From contig MQRK01248821.1 of NCBI GenBank assembly GCA_001938485.1, positions 43,171-95,113 on the forward strand: a stretch of 51,943 bases of DNA, in the 5' to 3' direction. A program made the translations under genes and the position numbers. The notes beneath the pieces are model-generated. The model did no database searches, was not told the DNA's origin, and saw only the letters and a list, made by a program, of their open reading frames with translations. This stretch comes from Girardia tigrina (taxonomy: Eukaryota). This document shows positions 45,934 to 51,943 of this stretch, piece by piece (positions within the stretch are counted from its first letter, which is position 1; each line of letters begins with the position of its first letter).

Positions 45934-48900
45934 ATGTACGCAAAATTTTTGGAAAACATGTATAAAAAATTTATGAAAGAACGAGATCGGGAAGAAAGTT
46001 ATGGTTTGGACTTACTGTTCCGGGAAAATAGTTACGATATTTTCGAGGATGTTAGTTTGAATTTAGATTGGTTGTTTGATGAGGAAATTGAAACAGATAC
46101 CGAATCCAATAATATTCTGCCAAATATTATTGGAGGAGATAACGATTTCAGTTTTGATGATGAGGATGACGAAAAAGATTTTGTTATAAAAATAATTGAG
46201 AAAAAAAAATCAGAACAAGAAATGGATTTAGATGATTTGGACTATGGAGATGAATATATTTCTTCTGAATCTGTATCTGAATCGGAAGAAGAGGAAACAG
46301 GAGCAGGAATAGAAGTGAATCCTTTATATTGCATATGTTGTAATAAACATTTTAAGAATAAAACAGGAATAATTTCACATCAGAAGAGTAAAATGCATAT
46401 AATGAAACAAAATATGTATAATTTACCAGGAACAAGCGGTGGAGGAATTAATAACGATATTGAAGTATATAATAGCAATTCTGCTATTTACATAGTTAAA
46501 AAATATGAGGAAGAAGAGGGTGTAAGATCTGTAACTCGAGAGATGATGGAGCAATTAGCAGAAAAATATCGAGGGAAAAAAATTAAATACCCTCATAAAA
46601 TCAATTTGACGATTCAAGTAACATTTCAACGATATGCAAGACAATCTGATGGATCGGAAACTTATGAACGAGTTGGACCGGTGTATTTCAAAACCGAAGA
46701 AAGAATATTGCGAATTGCGGAAGACTTTGATACTTTTCTCGATGCAGCTCCTAATATTATAAATAAGAAAATAGATGAATATGTTAATAAAGGATCAGCG
46801 TATTCAATTGTATATATTGGACTAATTGAATTTCTAATATCTAAATACAAAAATGCTTTATCAGCTGGAATGTATATGCAAATACCTGAACGGATGAAGA
46901 ATTCAAGAAACATTATTAACATTAAAAATACTGATGATAAATGTTTTCTATGGTGCTATATTGGGTATGTGAAACGGGGAGAAATTAATCTTATGCAACA
47001 TAGAGATAGATTTTCAATATATCAAAATTTTTATAATCAGAATAGAGAACATTATGATAATATTTTTCAAGGAATCAAATTTCCATCAGGTATAAAAGAT
47101 TTTAAATTATTTAATGAAAGAGTTCCAGATGAGGAAAAAGTAAATGTTTTCATGGCTGACAGAAATGGGAACTTGAAACCGCTTTTATATTCTCATAATA
47201 ATGAAATAGGATTTAATATTATTGTATATTCAGATTATAAAAAAATCAATGGAATAAAAAAAAGAATTTCACATATTTTTGGATGTAGAAATATTTCTGT
47301 TTATTTAAATCATGATAAACGAAATAAAAAACATATGTGTATGAATTGTGGAGTATTTTTTACAATGAAAAAATCTTATGATAATCATTTGAATTTCTGT
47401 GAAAAAAAACGAATCTATTAAATGCACATTCCACATAAATCAGTTTACCAATTTAATAATTTCCATATGAAAAATAAAGTCCCTTTCATATTTTATTCCG
47501 ATTTCGAATCTTATAATTATATTGGTGATGAAGTTGATGATGGAGATAACGGTGATCCGAAAAATAATTTTATTGAATTTGATGAGGAAAAACTTGTTAA
47601 TAAGGATACTGAAAGAACCAAATATTTGATGAAACAGAGACCATTTGCAAATGGTGTATATTTCCATTCTGAAATACCAGAAATAGAAGGAAATTATTAT
47701 CGGGAATTTATCGGGGAAAATGTTGTATATGAGTTAATTGATTTTATAATTGAAGCTGATAAAAAATTTACAAGAATATTAAATGAAGAAAAAGTGTTGA
47801 GAATGAGTCCACAGGATAATCAAAGATTCAGGAACTCCCATAATTGTTATTACTGTGGAAAAGAATTTATGGATAGAAATAATAAAGTTCGAGACCATGA
47901 TCATATTACTGGTTTATTTCGAGGAGCAGCACATAGGGATTGTAATTTAAATGCTAAGAAAATTAAATTTGTGCCATTTGTTATGTATAATAACGCAAAG
48001 TATGATAATCATTTATTCGTTCGTCAATTATTAATTGAATGCAATAATAGAAAAATTGGTGTGACTATTCTCCCGAAAACCAGTGAAGATTATATTAGTT
48101 TTCAAATTGGATGTATTCGGTTTCTGGATGCTAGAAAATTCACTGATGGGAGGAGTTTAGAATCGTGTGGAACACAATTAAAAGCGGATGAATGTGAAAA
48201 TCTTAAAAAATATAATCTTTTATTTCATAACGCGGCAGAAGATAAATGGGAAGTAAAGAAAGGAGTTTTCCCCTATGATTATTTAAAAGGAAATAATTAT
48301 AGTGATATAGAAAAAATATTAGATGAAACGGAATTACCTTCTCGTGATAAATTCTTTAATATTTTGAAAGATAAAGATATTTCGGTGGGAGATAATGAAA
48401 TAGCAAAACAGAATTGGGAAGATTTTGAATGTGAAACGATAATGGATTTTGTTCGATCTTACATGATGACTGATGTATTGTTATTAGCTGATTTCTTTGA
48501 AAATTTCCGGAATATGTGTTTGAATTATTATGCTATAGATCCAGCTTATTGTTTTAGCGCTCCAGGATTAACCTGGCAAGCTGGTATGAAATTTACGGGA
48601 ATAAAATTAAAATACTTTAGTGAAGATACATATGATATGTTATTATTTTATGAAAACGGTGTTCGGGGAGGAGTTTCGTCAGTGTTAGGAGATAGATATG
48701 TTAGAGTTCATAATAATTTCACGGAAGAAGATTTCGAAAAGAAAATTGAAATAGAAGAAGAGGAATTCGATTTAATACTTGAAGATTTTGAAAGATTTAA
48801 AGATAAAGCTAATTATGATTTTGATTGGTATTTTCAAGAAAGTTATATACTCTATTACGACGCAAACTCATTATATTCATACGCAATGACGAAATATTTA

Positions 48901-50094
48901 CCCACAGGGGAAATGAGATGGTGTAAAAGATTAATATATGAACCATCGGAAGAGGAATCAAAAAATGGATTTGTTTATGAAGTGGATTTACGATATACCG
49001 AATCCGCAAAAAAGAAATCATTCTATTATCCCTTTTGCCCGGAAAAATTAAATCCGAATATCCCACGAGAAAATTTATCACAATATGAAAGATTAGTTTA
49101 TCCAGTGAAACCAGATAAGACTGAGAAACTGGTTCAAACATTTCTTGATAAAAAAAATTATATTGTTGAAGGAAGGACTTTAGATTTCTATTTAAAAGAA
49201 GGAATGGAAATTGTGAAAATACAGAAAAAATTGAAATACAAAAAATCACCTTGGTTGAAACCATACATTGAATTTAACATTGAAAAACGGAAAGAGGCGA
49301 AACAGAAAAAAGATTCATTGGGAGATTTCTTTTTCAAGTTATTGAACAATGCTTTCTATGGAAAAACATTAGAAAATGTTAGAAATCGGAGTAATGTTAG
49401 AATTGTTAATAATAAGAAACTATTTGAAAAGCTAGCTGGTAAACCAGAATATAAATCTCTGATTCCTTTCAATAAAAAACTTTGTGCGATGGAAATGTTA
49501 AAATCAAATGTTAAATTTGATAAATTCAATTATATAGGGTTTACGGTTTTAGAACTTTCTAAACTTTTGATGTATGAGTTTGCATATGATGGATTGAATC
49601 AGATTTGGGGATTTGAAAGCGGAAATATTAAATTACATTATACTGACACCGATTCATTCTTTATCCAAATATACGATTCATGGGAAAATATTAATAATAA
49701 ATTAGCGCCTTGGAGTGATGAAGTTAAATTGGGAAAATTTAAAAATGAAATGGGGAATAATAAGATGATAGATGCGATTATCGCATTAAAACCAAAGGAT
49801 TATAGTTTTTTACATTTAATATTAGAAAAAAATATTCATGGGGAATTATCAAAAAATAGGGGAGTTAGGGATGTGACATTTGAAGAACGAAGAAAAATAT
49901 TATTTAATAATGAGATAATATTTAAAACTGAAAAACATATTCAATCGAAAAAACATGAAATAAATATTATTCAAAGAACTAAACAGGCATCATCCGGTTA
50001 TGATAATAAAAGAAGATATTTATTTAATCATATTAAATCTTTTCCTATTGGTTACAATATTAATAAATTAAAAGATAAATATATTTTTATTTAA
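45934..50094 (+). CDS. Protein-primed family B DNA polymerase with N-terminal terminal-protein-like/Zn-finger region and endonuclease VII insert; interrupted by a single in-frame TAA at 47419-47421
   Basis: INIKNTDDKCFLW; exonuclease motifs YSDFES, NNAKYD, TDVLLLAD; EndoVII CYYC...RDHDH.TG.FRGAAH..CN; KGVFPYDY; polymerase motifs YYDANSLY, KLLNNAFYGK, YTDTDS. Both ORFs are in the same frame. Confidence 0.96.
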
Positions 50095-50213
50095 ACGTGA
50101 TTTACAATATAATGAATTATTTTATTAAATATCTACGTAATCGTTTATTTTTTATATTATATAATTTCTTTTTAATTAATATCTCAATTTGATTTCTATA
50201 CGTTTACTAAAAC

Positions 50214-50238
50214 AAGCCATACTACGGTATGGCTTTTT
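50214..50238 (+). terminator. Terminator-like hairpin plus T tract downstream of pPolB
   Basis: AAGCCATAC-TACG-GTATGGCTT followed by TTT: a C(UNCG)G tetraloop hairpin. Confidence 0.4.
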
Positions 50239-50299
50239 GGTATCCACTTTTTTTCTTCGAGTTCTCATTTTTGATATAAATAATATAGCATTTTGAATT

Positions 50300-50405
50300 T
50301 TTTCGATAAAATATTCGATTTTTTGAATTATTATAGTGTTTTATCGAAAAAAATATTGATTTATTAACTTTTTATAGTGTTTTATCGATAAAAATATTGA
50401 TTTTT
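50300..50405. repeat. Subterminal degenerate tandem repeats of the Maverick right end
   Basis: TTATAGTGTTTTATCGA(A/T)AAAAATATTGATTT at 50331 and 50371, with a related unit at ~50301. Confidence 0.6.
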
Positions 50406-50751
50406 ATATAACTTCGAAAAAGGTGCGAAAAACAGCGTTTTTCTTGGGTTTGGCTTATATGCATAAATATATATTACTCCTGGGACGCTGATGGTTCTCA
50501 ATAGGTACTCCCCCAATGTTGGGATCCATGCCTTTGTTCCGCCTGTCCGAAGATGCAACGACGTCATTACGACACCCTTCACCGGGATTGATTCATCCCA
50601 GATCATTAAGATGCAATCCAACCATCGACAGCGGGGTCACTACTCCCTACAGCCTTCACTCCCAGATTGTAAAGCGTAGCCTAGTGAATGGATTGGCCCA
50701 TTCCTGAATACGATCTATTGCCGGCTGTTTCGCAATGAAAGGCTAGCTCTT

Positions 50752-50837
50752 GGACACTTTAGCCTAGAGACCAAGATCTCTAGTTACTCAGGGATACTAC
50801 GTAGAAGTATGCCCACTGGCCGCACAGTTGATCCCTG
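50752..50837 (-). ncRNA. HDV-like self-cleaving ribozyme fold at the 5' edge of a ~360-bp GC-rich element (50476-50837)
   Basis: Minus strand: P1 CAGGGAT/ATCCCTG; P2 GGGCAT/GTGTCC; P3 ACT/AGT; L3 TCTACGT; P1.1 CT/AG; P4 CTAGAGAT-cttg-GTCTCTAG; J4/2 GCTAA carrying the catalytic-position C. Confidence 0.72.
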
Positions 50838-50939
50838 ATTTAAGCTTATATAATTTTTAACACCAATTTTGTAATTTTCTATATATTTTAATGAAAAAAA
50901 TGTATATTTGCAGTTAAAAAAAATTTTTTATTCTCCATG

Positions 50940-51943
50940 TTGTCAACCGAACGAATGTAGCTGTTATTTGCGTGGCCGTCGTAGGAATTGTCGGCTTGGG
51001 TACTGTGGGTGCCGTTGCCATCGAACACGTGGTTATAAGTGTTGTAGGCTGGTTGGTCGACATTGTTGAGAGCGCGATCGCCGTTGTTTCTGTCGTCGCG
51101 ATTGCTATAACTTTTGTGTGATCATCGGTGCCGTCGGTCAGACGGTTGGAATTGATAATAGCGTGATTCTCATCGTGTTAGTTGTTGTTGTTGACATTGT
51201 CATAGTTGATGTGGTGCGTGTTGTAACTTTCAAGCTGTAGTTTGGAGTCATGATTGTGGTGACTGTCGTTGTTGTTGCAATGCGTGTGTAGTTTGTGGTC
51301 GTGGTGAATGTCGTGTTTGTGTTTGTGTGTGTATGATTTGTAAACAGGGTAAGTGTCGTCTTTGTTGTTATCTATATGTGGTTCATGAGTGTTGCAGTGG
51401 TTGTTCTAACCTGCTGCTCGGATGAGGGGTGGCTCTAGTTTTTTTCCTGATGGTGAACGCATCCTCTGGTGGATTTCTTGGCATCATCCCTGAACGGAGC
51501 GTGCCAAATGCACATGTCTGTCACTTGCATGCGAGTTCTGTCGCAGGAATAGATGCATTCAGGCTGACATTTCTTGACCTTCTTGTGGTGCAGTTGAAGC
51601 AGTGCCGATGTGCTCTCTAGATTTCGGGTGTTTGTGGTCCTGTCTGAAAATGTTTGAGGTCTATGGATTGTCCAATTGTTGCGCCATGTCTTGTGGGTCC
51701 GAACGTGTCCCGTTGATGGCGGCTAAGCTCGACTGCAGGGTGGCTATCTGTTTAGATATAATTGTGAACTCCGCACCGTGTGGATTCTTCTGTGTGCTCG
51801 GATTTGGTGTTCAATGGTCATCGCTGTTCAATGGCATTAGACATGATCGGTTCTAGCATTCACCTCTGTGGTGTCCGAGGGGGTCGGTGATCTTAACAGC
51901 AATTGTGGCGAGCTCACTAACTGACAGAATGTCAGAGACGGCC
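50940..51943 (-). other. GC-richer degenerate low-complexity (Thr/Asn/His-rich on the minus strand) segment, probably a retroelement ORF1 remnant; runs off the window end
   Basis: Strong ACA/AAC bias on the minus strand, multiple stops, no recognisable domain. Confidence 0.3.

Larger units (their letters stand above)
33070..50470 (+). mobile_element. Maverick/Polinton (adintovirus-like) endogenous virus, ~17 kb; boundaries approximate, TIRs not resolved
   Basis: Intronless, tightly packed ORFs encoding pPolB, RVE integrase, A32-like ATPase, adenain protease and putative major and minor capsid proteins. Confidence 0.95.

Noticed and set aside
46662-49264. Antisense ORFs within pPolB (and similar shadow ORFs inside the ATPase, integrase, MCP and glycoprotein genes)
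   Set aside because: Shadow frames of real genes with no motifs.
50214-50238. Bacterial origin or contamination implied by the terminator-like hairpin and operon-like packing
   Set aside because: Gene content is Polinton-type, there are no evident Shine-Dalgarno motifs, and the element is contiguous with intron-containing animal DNA.

Overview
Very AT-rich, transposon-littered animal genomic DNA with several N gaps. All identifications come from motifs read by eye; no database search was run. The only clear host gene is an even-skipped/Evx-class homeobox gene (minus strand, 4 exons, 18865-20256, about 228 aa), set in a gene-poor region full of decayed transposons: Gypsy, RLE-type non-LTR, mariner, Tc1/IS630, DD37E, MULE, and hAT and piggyBac-like MITEs. 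About 33.1-50.4 kb is a nearly complete Maverick/Polinton (adintovirus-like) endogenous virus. It encodes a packaging ATPase, PLA2-integrase, major and minor capsid proteins, an adenain protease, an adenovirus pX-like core precursor, a membrane protein and a protein-primed PolB with an endonuclease VII insert, and it carries only a few inactivating lesions. Immediately left of it are a chuvirus-type (gB-like) glycoprotein fragment and a retroviral aspartic protease. The most notable unannotated signals are: (1) a recurring hairpin + AAAAATG architecture at the junctions of the Maverick virion genes, plus UNCG/GAA extra-stable hairpins; (2) two related HDV-like ribozyme folds heading short non-coding elements (50752-50837 minus, well formed; 16917-17016 plus, degenerate); (3) a hidden pX/Mu-like membrane-active peptide with repeated GG/GxG protease-type sites, broken by a 17-bp duplication.
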